A stretch of 64,000 nucleotides of DNA from NCBI GenBank assembly GCA_951406725.2, contig OX597814.1, positions 201,624,001 through 201,688,000 of the forward strand, read 5' to 3'. The notes beneath the pieces are model-generated. The model was not told the origin of the DNA and did no database searches. It saw nothing but the letters and a program-made list of their open reading frames with translations. Origin of the DNA: Octopus vulgaris. Lineage: Eukaryota. Below, piece by piece: positions 1 through 11,814 of this stretch. Within the stretch, counting starts at the first letter, position 1; each line of letters opens with the position of its first letter. Position numbers and translations under genes: made by a program.

Positions 1-21
1 GTCTGTCTGTCTATCTATCTA

Positions 22-65
<44 letters not shown>

Positions 66-142
66 TCTATATACATACATACTTACACACACACACACAC
101 ATATATAATATATATGTATGTATATGTTTATATATATATATA

Positions 143-354
143 GGCGCAATGGCCCAGTGGTTAGGGCAGCGGACTTGCGGTCGGAGGATCGTGGTTTCGA
201 TTCCCAGACCGGGCGTTGTGTGTGTTTATTGAGCGAAAACACCTAAAAGCCCCACGAGGCTCCGGCAGGGGATGGTGGTGATCCCTGCTGTACTCTTTCA
301 CCACTCTAAAGGCGGTGCTCCAGCATGGCCGCAGTCAAATGACTGAAACAAGTA
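143..354 (+). mobile_element. tRNA-derived SINE, family C head joined to a family A tail
   Basis: A-box-like TGGCCCAGTGG and B-box-like GTTTCGATTCC. Body matches 40547-40820. From ~309 it switches to the family A 3' end (AAGGCGGTGCTCCAGCATGGCCGCAGTCAAATGACTGAAACAAG). Confidence 0.75.
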
Positions 355-357
355 CAA

Positions 358-388
<31 letters not shown>

Positions 389-404
389 TGTATATTTATT
401 TACT

Positions 405-635
405 TTTTTCTTGTTTTACTTGTTTCAGGCATTTGACTGCAGCCATGCTGGAGCACCTTTATTCGAACACATCGACCCCAGGATTTATTCTTTGTGAGCC
501 TAGTACTCATTCTATTGGTCTCTTTTGCTGAAGCGCTAGGTTACAATGATGTAAGTACACCAACATCGCTTGTCAAGTGATGGTGAAGGAACAAACACAG
601 ACAGACAAACGCACACACACACACAGATATCTATC

Positions 636-686
<51 letters not shown>

Positions 687-845
687 GGCTTCTTTCAGTT
701 TCCATCTACGGAATCCCCTCACAAGGCTTTCGTCAGCCTGAGGCTATAGTAGAATACACTTGTGCAAGTTGTCACACAGTTGGACCGAACCCAAAATGAT
801 GCAGTTGGTAAGCAAGCAACTTACCACACAGCCACTCCTGCGCCT
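405..845 (-). mobile_element. tRNA-derived SINE family A (internal TA/CA microsatellite)
   Basis: Reverse complement of the GGCGCAGGAGTGGCTGTGTGGTAAG head and GACTGAAACAAGTAAAAG tail seen in more than 15 copies in the window. Confidence 0.9.
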
Positions 846-856
846 ATATACATATA

Positions 857-1232
857 CTAGCAGTATCGCCCGGCGTTGCTCGGGTTTGTAAGGGAAATAA
901 CTATAAAGCAATTTTAGAGAGTTATAGCCAAAAAATGGGGTGGGGGGGGTAATGATGGTAAATTTTTTTTAGTTAAAAAGGTCGAGTTGCGTCCCCTAGA
1001 CAGTCTGTGGTTTGTGTTTGTGATTCTCGACCCCATGTCGAATTTATCGATTTTTTTCAGAACTGGGGGAACTTTTCAAAATTTTCGCTGCGTTAGTTTT
1101 GAATTATGACATTGGGCTGTGTGTGTGTCAAGTTTCATCAGAATCGGTTGAAAGCCGTGGTCAGGGTGAGGGTACAACCTAACAGACACACAGAAACACA
1201 CACAGACAAACTGCCGTTTATATATAGAGAGA
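857..1232 (-). mobile_element. Non-autonomous Helitron
   Basis: On the minus strand: A|TCTCTCTATATATAAA 5' end, subterminal hairpin CCCGAGCAACGCCGGG about 10 nt before the CTAG|T 3' end, no TSD. Related copies at 19296 and 54650. Confidence 0.8.
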
Positions 1233-1924
1233 TAAAACAACTTTGATTTACACAGAAAAATAAAATAAAAAATTAATTTATCAAAAGATGTGTCTGAGAA
1301 ATTATGTATTTATTGATGATTTCTTGTCTCTACATATAAATGATCTGAAATAAAAAGGAATAACTTAGACAGTTGCGACTACGAATATTTTTTACTTTGC
1401 GTTTGATAAATATATTAGCTTGAGAAAACTAACAATTATAAAGTTAGTATTATATAATCAAAGCGTTCAGGTGTAAAATTGTATTTGAGATGTCAACTAA
1501 AGAAGCGAATAGTAGACCGGATTAGAGGAAGCAGCTGATGTGTTTTACAAAAATTCCACCATTTGTTATAGAATGGCTGATAATAATACTAAGGATGTGA
1601 CTAATCAGAAGACAAACATGCAAAGAAACCATTTGAATTGATGAACACTGGGAAATAATTAAACTGAAAGCAAATTCTAACAGACATTTTAATGAGAAAT
1701 CATTGATAGAATAAAGGGATAAAATGAGATGAATTACTTTACATATTGGCAATTTGTTGACATTGTTCAAACTATTTCATGTTGTTCAATCAATTTTGTG
1801 ATGTTGTGACATTTATCCTGTATCAGAACAGAAGGGCAAAATTTAGTTATAAGTGTTACATCTGCATTGTCATTGTCTTTTGTCTGACTGCCAGAATGGT
1901 TTACATTTTAAGTCGCTGTCCTCT

Positions 1925-2490
1925 TCTTATTTCTTTACTGCTCACAAGGGGCTACAAAGAGGGGACAAACAAGGACAGACAAATGGATTAAGTCGATTAG
2001 ATCGTCCCCAGAGCGTAACTGGTACTTATTTAATCAACCCTGAAAGGATGAAAGGCAAAGTCGACCTTGGCGGAATTTGAACTCAGAACGTAACGGCAGA
2101 TGAAATACCTATTTCTTTACTACCCACAAGGGGCTAAACACAGAGAGGACAAACAAGGACAGACAAACAGATTAAGTCGTTTATATCGACTCCAGAGCGT
2201 AACTGGTACTTATTTAATCGACCCTGAAAGGATGAAAGGCAAAGTCGACCTTGGCGGAATTTGAACTCAGAATGTAGTGGCAGACTAAATACCTATTTCT
2301 TTACTACCATCAAGGGGCTACACAGAGAGGACAAACAAAGACAGACAAACGGATTAGGTCGATTATATCGAACCCAAAAGGATGAATGGTTTAGTCGACC
2401 TCGGCTGAATTTGAACTCAGAATGTAATGGCAGAAGAAATACTGCTAAGCATTTCGCCCGGCATGCTAACATTTCTGCCAGTTCACCTCC
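1925..2490 (-). mobile_element. SINE family B (Meta-domain-like), tandem trimer
   Basis: Three head-to-tail ~183-bp units. The first two carry CCTTTCATCCTTTC..GGTCGATTAAATAAGTACCAG (MetaSINE-like core); the third has an internal deletion there. B-box GAGTTCAAATTCC and AAAGAAAT tail. Confidence 0.85.
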
Positions 2491-2626
2491 TTCATTGTCC
2501 TCTTCTATGAGTCAAAGGTCTGATTTGTTTGTGTGTTTCATTTCTGGGATGGTGTCTAGGGTCGGATGACCTTCCTATACAGTTCTATATTTAAGAGATG
2601 AGGAACAACTATGTCATATGCCCACG

Positions 2627-2700
2627 GGCATATATGTGGTTAAGTGGTTAAGAGCACGGGCTACTAACCCCAAGATTCCGAGTTCAATTCCAGGCAGTGA

Positions 2701-2766
<66 letters not shown>

Positions 2767-2915
2767 CAACAGCATCGAAAATACCCTAGGAATGAGAACC
2801 CAGGTTCAAAATTTCCCCAAGACACCTGATAAAGGCTGGAGGGTATATCAGCTGAAACGTTGTGTTAACAACAAAATGAGGGCAAATATCTATCAATTGT
2901 AAATAATGTAAATAA
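2627..2915 (+). mobile_element. tRNA-derived SINE family D with (AAT)n linker and HHR-like 3' module
   Basis: AGTGGTTAAGAGCACGGGCTACTAACCCC..GAGTTCAATTCC head, (AAT)n, then GACAC-CTGATAA-AGGCTGG..TCAGCT-GAAACGTT-GTGTT and a (TGTAAATAA)n tail. Copies at 41564 and 49026. Confidence 0.8.
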
Positions 2916-3149
2916 TAATATATATTCACACACACATACACACACACATATATAAACACATATACAATGGATGTCTTTCAGTTTCTTTCTACTAAATCTG
3001 TTCACAAGGCTGTGGTTAATCCAGTGCTATGGGAGAAGACATTTGCCTAAGGAGCCATATAGTAGGACTGAACCTGAAACCACATAACTGCAAAAACAGC
3101 TTCCTTTTATTATCAATGTAGCAATGATGAAACAGCAACTTTAATGATA

Positions 3150-3541
3150 TTTATTCTTTTATTTGTTTCAGTCATTTGACTGGAGCCATGCTGGAGCATC
3201 ACCTTCAGTCGAACAAATTGACCCCAGGACTTATTCTTTGTAAGCCTAGTACTTATTCTATCAGTCACTTTAAGCAAACCGCTAAGTTAAGGGGACATAA
3301 ACACACCAGCACCGGTTGTCAAGTGATGGTGGGGGAGTGACAAACACAGACACACAAACATACACACACATATATATATAAAATGGGCTTCTTTCAGTTC
3401 CCATCTACTAAGTCCACTCACAAGGCTTTGGTCGGCCTGAGGCTATAGTAAAAGACAGTTGCCCAAGGTGCCACGTAGTAGGACCGAACCCAGAACCATG
3501 TGGTTGGGAAGGAAGCTTCATACCACACAGCCACTCCTGCA

Positions 3542-3544
<3 letters not shown>
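3150..3544 (-). mobile_element. SINE family A
   Basis: Full-length reverse-complement match to the family A copies. Confidence 0.9.
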
Positions 3545-3580
<36 letters not shown>

Positions 3581-3588
3581 ATATACAC

Positions 3589-3629
<41 letters not shown>

Positions 3630-3634
3630 TACAC

Positions 3635-3688
<54 letters not shown>

Positions 3689-3735
3689 GTATATGTGACC
3701 AAAGCCTCGTGAGTGGATTTGGTAGACAGAAACTG

Positions 3736-3769
<34 letters not shown>

Positions 3770-4584
3770 TATATAAATACACACACACACATACAATGGG
3801 CTTCTTTCAGTTTCTGTCTACCAAATCCACTCACGAGGCTTTGGTCACCCTGAAGTCACTTGCCCAAGGTGCCACGCAGTGGGACTGAACCCCTAACTAA
3901 GTGGTCAGTAAGCAAGCTACTTACCATACAGCCATGCCTGAACCTATTTCTATCTCCTCTTTAATTTACTTCTTTTTAACATTAAGAGAGAAAAAATAAT
4001 AATATAGAGTTTTTGAAACAATAAATTTCAGAAATATAAATAATCTTGTAAGAAAGAAGCAGCCTAACGACTAAGTAGCTAAGTTGGTAAATATTCTTTG
4101 CAGACACCACAAGAGAGGAAAAGGAGACATTAAAACGATGATGATGATGTCTATCTTTCTATCTCTCTATGATAGGGAGAGACGAATGGAAGATTTTGGT
4201 TGCAATTTGTAGCAAGTAGAATAGTCGCATAGAGGCTTGTCTTATTGGTTCAAAGGTAATTATTTTAATACCTGTGGTGAGAGAATTATCTAAGCTCTTC
4301 TGACTTGCTATTGATTTCTTTTTGATTTATGAGAAAATTGAATGTCATCACTTATATACAGTTTTAAGCATCAGTTCTATTATAAATGTGAAATAGCTTC
4401 AATCAAGAATTTAAGAGACAAAATATTCATGAAAGTATAGTTTTAAAAAAATACTTTTAAGTCAGGCACAAGTGTGGCTGTGTGGTAAGATGCTTGCTTG
4501 CCAACCACATGGTTCCAGGTTCAGTGCCATTATATGGATTTGGTAGATGGAAACTGAAAAGAAGCCCATTGTATGTATGTATGT

Positions 4585-5355
4585 AATTCTTCAGTTTTAT
4601 TCCAAGATTTCTTGCCAATAGAGAAAGAATCGGTTTCTAAACTAAATCTAAGGCTCCTTCATTGGAATTTCAAAATCAACAACAGAGTATTTTTGCTTGT
4701 ATGTATATGTGCAGATTTTTATGTTTCGTTTTATGTATGTATACTCAAAAACTACACTCCGGTGTGGTTGGTGTTAGGTGTGGTTGGTGTTTTACAGCAT
4801 CCAGCTGTAAAAACATTGCCAAATCAGACTGGAACCTGGTGCAGCCTCCAGGCTTGCTAGTCCTCAGTCAAACTGTCCAAACTATGCCAGCATGGAAAGC
4901 GGATGTTAAATGATGATGATTAAACATGCTCATATATACTTAAATGATAAACTTCTGGAAAGTTTTACAGATTTTTACAGTTACAGTGATGGACTGGATC
5001 TGCAGTCTTCGAATCAGCTTTCTCCTTTCTGTTTTTGAGAAGCCTAATTTCTCAAGATTGGTATTTAGGCAGTATGTTACATATCCCAGGGCCCCATTAA
5101 TTACAGGTATAAACCTGAACTTGTAATCTGGATAGAGTAACTGCAGATTTCTCAATAGTTCAGCATAGGTGTTCTCTTTTTCACTGATCTTCAGCTTTAT
5201 GTTAACATCTGGTATGTATATGTATGTATGTATGTATATCATTATTCAGTTTATTTCAAGATATTTTGCCACTTGAGAAAGAACCGATTTCTAACCTAGG
5301 TCCAAGCATCCTTCATTGGAATTTCAACATCAACAACAGTATATTTTTGTATTAA
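4585..5355 (-). mobile_element. Non-LTR retrotransposon 3' fragments (restriction-like endonuclease, R2/R4 supergroup) in (TATG)n, split by an RTE tail at ~4760-4920
   Basis: ORF 4940-5242 reads ..KISEKENTYAELLRNLQLLYPDYKFRFIPVINGALG.., typical of an RLE C-terminus (K..Y..L..P...GALG). Putative 3' UTR is repeated at 4585-4690 and 5241-5350. The stop-codon region is repeated at 6235-6330. Confidence 0.7.
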
Positions 5356-5419
5356 TGTATGTATGTATATATGCATGTATGTATGCATTTATGCATGTAT
5401 GTATATATGTATATATGTA

Positions 5420-5665
5420 TGGGGAGAATTTACAAAAAAACAAAAGACGAAGACAGGTGGTGTAGACAGGTGGTGTAGACAACAGATAGATGCTCGGGAA
5501 TTGAAAAAATCTTTTGCATTTCGAACCTACGCTCTTCTACAGAAAGGAACACAGAAAGAAACAAGGAGAGAAAATAGCGATCTATCATGGCGAAGACTGG
5601 ACAGAAGGGTCTCAAAGGAGAGCTAGAGAGAAGGGGAGATAATAAAGTAGAGGTGATCCCAAAAT
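5420..5665 (-). mobile_element. Short PLE-like non-autonomous element with a CUGUAGA HHR-like core
   Basis: Homologous to 25245-25360(+), 30498-30686(-) and 52438-52695(-). Abuts (TATG)n. Confidence 0.65.
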
Positions 5666-7166
5666 GAAGGTGCGTGTGCATGTGTATAAGAGTTTGTTTG
5701 TGTGTGCATGTGGAAGAGGGCTGGTGATCTTGACGTGTGCGCGTGTGTATGTGTAGGTGTGAAAATGTGGGTCTGGGAAGTGGTCAATGCTGATCTGTGC
5801 CTGGTGGTGTATAGTATATGTGATGTATTGTGTGGTATGGTGGTATAAGGTGTAGTGGTGTGATGGTGTTGGGAGGTGGGGGATGCGAGAGTGGGGAAAG
5901 CAAGGGTGGGGTGTGGGTTAGGCTGAAGGTGGGGGTAGAGGTGGGGTATGTCGGCGTGAGTGTAAGGGATGGGGTGGGGTGGTTGTGATATGTTGTGTGG
6001 TATTGTGGTGTAAGGTGTAGTAGTGTGTGGTGTGGTGTGATGGTGTTGAGAGGTGGGGAGACAAGAGTGGCGAAAGCAAGGGTGGGATGTGGGTTAGGCT
6101 GAGGGTGGAGGTAGAGGTGAGGTATGTGTGTAGGCAGAGGGTGAGGGTAGATGTGGGGTATGTGTGTGTGTAAGGGATGGGGTGAGTGGGATGGGGAAGG
6201 TGGGGTCGAATGTGTAAGGGTGGGATGTATGTATGTATGTGCAGATTTGCATGTTTTATGTATGTATTCTCATGCATATAATTACATATCTAGGCATGCT
6301 CATATATATTTAAATGATAAACTTCTGAAAATGTATGTGTGTGTGTATCTGTGTCTGAGTTCCTCCCATCACCACCAACACTGTTTGACAACTGCTGTTG
6401 GTTTGGTTATGTCCCTGTAACTTAGCAGCTCAACAAAAGAGACCAACAGAATAAGTACCAGGTTAAAAAATAAATAAATAAAAGGCACTTGAATTGATTC
6501 ATTCAACTAAACATTCCTGAAGGTGGTGCCCCAGCATGGCCGCACTCTAATGACAGGAACAAGTAAGATATACAAGATGAAAGATAAAAGTGAAAGCAAC
6601 CGGTGTAGAATTTGAACCGGTTACGCAGAAATATGAGGTGATGAAATAAATCGGTATTTCTCTTAACTCTGGCCAATTAAGAGTTTGATGCCATTTCTTC
6701 GTTAGAGGATTTCCTAATTATGAATTAATTCTCAAGATTTTAATGTAAATGATATTGAAAATGACAGAAAAGAGAGAAGGGTCTTCTTATGGGACTGAAC
6801 CAATCCATTTATTGCTTGCCTGGACAATTGCGTAACTAATTATTCTGGAGAAGATCTGTATCTTCTGAAATTAGATTCTGTAATTTGGTTCTACCATTTA
6901 AACTTTATTGTCTCAATATGGTTTGTCACAGACTTAGAACTCTGTTCAATAATAGATAAAATAGCAGAGCACTAAATGACAGAAGAATTACGTTATGAGA
7001 GTAAAATGGCAAAGCTTAAATAGTAGATTCAAAATTATAGCATCCAGTTTCAAAGGAGGGCACGACAAGTATTTCAGTCAGTAATGTGGCTGTTTGTCAA
7101 GCAATGGATTCCTGGTTCAAGTAATGCTGGTGGATTTGTTCCGATCTGTTTCTCTTTTCTCAATCA

Positions 7167-7557
7167 TGTCAGTGCATGATGGATTTTACGTGCCACCAAC
7201 ATGGAAGCCAGTCAAGGCGGCGCTGGCATCGGCCACATATGGCACATAGAAAGCACCATCTGTATGTGGCTGATGCCAGCGCTGCCTTGACTGGCTTCCG
7301 TGTTGGTGGCATGTAAAAACCACCAATCGATCGTGGCCGTTGCCAGCCTCCCCTGGCACCTGTACTGGTGGCACATAAAAAGCACCCACTACACTCACGG
7401 AGTGGTTGGCGTTAGGAAGGGCATCCAGCTGTAGAAATACTGCCAGATCTGACTGGAGCCTGGTGCAGCCTCCTGGCTTCCCAGACCCCGGTCGAACCGT
7501 CCAACCCATGCTAGCATGGAAAACAGACGTTAAACGATGAAGATGATGATGATGGTG
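7167..7557 (+). mobile_element. 5'-truncated RTE-type LINE 3' end with 84-bp target-site duplication
   Basis: GCACGTAAAAAGCACC-type repeats, GGAAGGGCATCCAGCTGTAGAA tail and (GAT)n. Flanked by direct repeats 7083-7166 and 7558-7641. Confidence 0.8.
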
Positions 7558-7882
7558 AATGTGGTTGTTTGTCAAGCAATGGATTCCTGGTTCAGGTAAT
7601 GCTGGTGGATTTGTTCCTGTCTGCTTCTCTTTTCTCAATCAGATTGGTGTTTATAATATCTAATGTTTTCCAAAATTCTTGGCACATGATGGCATGATGG
7701 ATTTTACTTTACTGCTGCATTGCTATGAAAGAATAACAATATAAGGAGAAAGAATATAAAGGCTGAAGGGAAGATGACCAGGTAAATACATCTTTGACCC
7801 TCTAACATTTAAACTGACCACATCCAGCCAAATTATTCGACCTGTTTCATGTTCAGACCACCTATCCTATAATGTCATTCTA

Positions 7883-8220
7883 GGAGTGGCTGTGTGGTAA
7901 GTAGCTTGCTTCCCAACCACATGGTTCCGGGTTCAGTCCCGTGGATTTGGTATATGGAAACTGAAAGAAGCCTGTCGTGTACTTATATATATGTATATAT
8001 ATGTGTGTGTGTGTTTGTGTGTGTGTGTCTGTCCCCCCAACATCGCTTGACAACCAATGCTGGTGTGTTTATGTCCCCGTAACTTAGCGGTTCAGCAAAA
8101 GAGACCGATAGAATAAGTACTAGGCTTACAAAGAATAAGTCCTGGGGTCGATTTGCTTGACTAAAGGCGGTGCTCCAGCATGGCCACAGCCAAATGACTG
8201 AAACAAGTAAAAGAGTAAAT
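7883..8220 (+). mobile_element. SINE family A (internal deletion)
   Basis: Family A head and tail. Inserted into an older repeat (~7795-8307) with degenerate TTAA/CCC..GG ends. Confidence 0.85.
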
Positions 8221-8334
8221 GAGAGACATCAATGAAATCTCAAAGCTACAAGATGATGCATGATTGATTCAAAACAAGGTAGGGTAATCTGAATGCAAAG
8301 TGGTTAAGCGTATTTATTCAAAATTATAAACTCT

Positions 8335-8561
8335 TACTCTCTTTTTACTCTTATTTTACTTGTTTCAGTCATTTGACTGTGGCCATGCTGGAGTACCACC
8401 TTTAGTCAAGAAAAATCGACCCCAGGACTTATTCTTTGTAAGCCTAGTACTTATTCTATCAGTCACTTTTGCCGAACTGCTAAGTTACGGGGACGTAAAC
8501 ACACCAGCATTGGCTGTCAAGCGATGTTGGGGGGACAAACACAGACACACATACACATACA

Positions 8562-8608
<47 letters not shown>

Positions 8609-8778
8609 TATATATATATACATATATATGACGGGCTTCTTTCAGTTTCCGTCTACCAAATCCACTCACAAGGTTTTGGTCAGCCCGAGGCTATAGTAGA
8701 AGACACTTGCCCAAGGTGTCATGCAGTGAGACTGAACCCAGAACCATGTGGTTCGTAAGCAAGCTACTTACCACACAG
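8335..8778 (-). mobile_element. SINE family A
   Basis: Reverse-complement family A with an internal (CA)n. Confidence 0.9.
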
Positions 8779-9790
8779 TAGCCAAGTGGGCCACTTTTGG
8801 TAAGCAGAACTGGTGATGTGGGGGGGGGGGGACAAACACAGACACGCCTATCTGAAAGCGTTTCATATTTTATTTTTACATTTTATTCTTTAATAAAGAG
8901 CCCTGTTCAAAACATCAAAATTCCCATCTTTAGCACATTATATTTATATTTGTGGCTTCTATTATTATTCTTTTCCTGATGCCAATTACTACAAGTTTCC
9001 TCTGACTCTTAAGTTTTATTCATATCCAAACTGTTTGGTTGTTTTTGGCTCAACAATTTCATTTAGTAGACAATACCACACGGTATTTCATTCTGCACAT
9101 ATACAGTCACTGTATTATCTCTTTCTTTCTTTCTTTCTTTTTAAATAATTTACACGAATCACCTCTTGTTGATGGTTGATATTAATAAATATTGTGACAG
9201 TAATAAATATTATCTATATGTAAAATACTGTCTAATTTACCAACCAGTTCTGAATTTTGAAACCACATCAGACAAAATATTTCGTTTTCTGTCAGAAAAG
9301 CTGATTGCCAATTTGTGAAATGTAAAGATTCTCATGATGGAACTGTGTTAAGTCGTTTCATTCTACAAGAATTTTCTCTATGAATGATGGTAACAATAAC
9401 AAGTTAATGACTGATAGCTGCCTCCCTGGAGGTTGTCCGATATTTCTCCAAATGTTATAGAAAGTTTGTTTCTCTGCCTCCTTGCTTCCTGTTTCTTCTT
9501 TTAGAAAAAAAAAAAAAAAAATGAAAGAAGAAAGAAGAAAAAAAATCAATGTGACTTGTATGAATTATTCTATGTCTTTATTTGTTAAATTTTCCTTTTG
9601 GGAAAATTTTTGTCTGTGTCAAAGCAGAAAGAAATATAACAAATCATTTGTTGGTATGTCATGTTGGAATTGAAATCAGCTTGATAGCTGGACATTCCTC
9701 CTGCCTGGGGTGGGGGTGGGTCGGGGGGTCGGGTGGGGTTGGGGTGGAGAGCAATGAAACTGATACCAGTAATATATGTGATACTGAATG

Positions 9791-9928
9791 GACTGCACAG
9801 CTTTATCTTACTAGATCAGAGGGTTCCCGCTCAAGCAAATATATAAATAGATTTATCATTGTCATCATCATCATCATCATCACCATCATAATTCCCACCA
9901 CCATCGCCATCACCACAGCCACTGGAGC

Positions 9929-9966
<38 letters not shown>

Positions 9967-10309
9967 CCATCATCACCATTCACACCACCACTACCACTGC
10001 TGCCACAACTACTGCCACCACCACCACCACCACCACAGCTACTGCAGCCATCATCATCATTATCATCATCCTCATAATTCCCACCATGGTGATGGTGAGA
10101 ATTATGATGATGATGATGATGATGATGATGCTGATGTTGATGATGATGATGGCTACGGTGACCGTGGCAATGGTTGTGGAGGTGGTGATGGTGGTGGTGG
10201 GAATTATGATGATGCTAATGATGATGATGATGATGATGATGATGATAAATCTATTATATATATTGCTTGAGTAGGAAGCCCTGATCTAGTAGGATAAAGC
10301 TGTGCAGTC
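9791..10309. repeat. Imperfect ~520-bp fold-back enclosing strand-flipped CAT/CAC microsatellites
   Basis: GACTGCACAGCTTTATCTTACTAGATCAG..(CAT)n on the left, (GAT)n..CTGATCTAGTAGGATAAAGCTGTGCAGTC on the right. Strand flip at CCATGG 10084-10089. Confidence 0.85.
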
Positions 10310-10774
10310 TGTTATAAGAACACAGTAGTCCTCAACTGGTTTCTGCTCCTGGGGACCCCTTTCGTTTCTATTTTATTCAACTGGACCCTCAAAGCCATTC
10401 AGTGATGAAAAAAGATCCTATTATATTTTCATAATTAGATATTATTATAGACAATGCTTTTACTTGTTTCAGTCATTTTGACTGTGGCCAGGTTGGAGCA
10501 CAGCTTTTTAGTTGAAGAAATCGACCCCTGGACTTATTTTTGTAAGCCTGGTACTTATTCTATCGGTCTCCCTCACCAAACCACTAAGTTATGGGGATGT
10601 AAACACACCAGCATCGTTTATCAAGTGATGGTGGGTGGACAAACACAGACACAAGCACACAGGTCTTAGGCCAACTGGTTTGGGGTCTGACGATAGGCCT
10701 TAAGGTCAAACCTGTTATGGGCAGGAAACCCAGGGTAACCCCATAAACCAGCCTCCACCATTATAATATATACA

Positions 10775-11005
10775 TATATTCTTTTAGTGGTTTCAATCGT
10801 TTGACTGTGGCCATACTGGAGCACCACCTTTAATTGAGTAAATCGACCCCAGGACTTATTCTTTGTAAGCCTAGTACTTATTCCATCAGTCTCTTGCCAA
10901 ACCGCTAAGTTACAGGAACGTAAATACACCAGCATCAGTTGGAAAGCGATGTTGGGGGGGGGGACAAACAGAGACACACAAACAGATAAGCACACATGCA
11001 CATTG

Positions 11006-11057
<52 letters not shown>

Positions 11058-11216
11058 AGGCTTCTTTCAGTTTCTGTCTACCAAATCCACTTACAAGGCT
11101 TTGGTCAGCCTGAGGCTATAGTAGAAGACACTTGCCCAAGGTGCCATGCAGTGGGACTGAACCTGGAACTAAGTGGTTGGGAAGCAAGCTTCTTACCACA
11201 CAGCCACTCCTGTGCC
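10775..11216 (-). mobile_element. SINE family A (a second 3' half lies at 10455-10660)
   Basis: Reverse-complement family A. Confidence 0.85.
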
Positions 11217-11814
11217 TGGGATTGTATTAAAAAATTGTTAAAATATTTTGTATAATGTAGAAATATGAGTTTATTACAAATAGATTTTAACAACAAAATC
11301 TCATAATGACCCTAAGGGTCAATTTGGTCGTAAAGAAATAACTAAGGATGATATTCAGATTCTTTGAGGCATCAAACATTTTTATAACGCTGCAGTTACA
11401 ATGCCTATGATGGACCCTGGTTGAGAATCCCTCGGTTAAACTATGACAGAAGGGAGAAGAGGAGGTTTCTTGTTTTAAAGGGGCTACATGGCTGCTCCCA
11501 TTTAGAAGAAGGGGTGACAATAAAGAAGATGAGCTAACTATATAAGTAGACATTCTCATCAAATATAAAATAGTCAATCCCACTGCGTGGCACCTTGGGC
11601 AGGTGTTTAGCCTCCCACAGGAGGCTAAACATAGAGGGGACAAACAATGAAAGACAAAGGGATTAAGTGCATAACTGGTACTTATTTAACTGACCCCGAA
11701 AGGATGAAAGGCAAAGTCAACCTTGGCAGAATTTGAACTCAGAACGTAATGGCAGATGAAATACTGGTAATCATTTCACATGGCGTACTAGTGATTCTGC
11801 CAGTCCACTGTCCT

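Noticed and set aside
3418-3888. YIYIYI/VCVCVC ORFs here and at 15.1k, 24.4k, 31.3-32.3k, 39.5k, 54.4k and 55.6-56.5k
   Set aside because: Translations of TA/CA microsatellites, open in several frames at once.
8360-8758. Recurrent FQSFDCGHAG / [12 protein letters not shown] peptides
   Set aside because: Antisense translations of SINE family A, not a protein family.
9358-9498. Possible minus-strand exon after a polypyrimidine tract and AG
   Set aside because: The peptide is unrecognisable and no partner exons were found; not supportable without transcripts.
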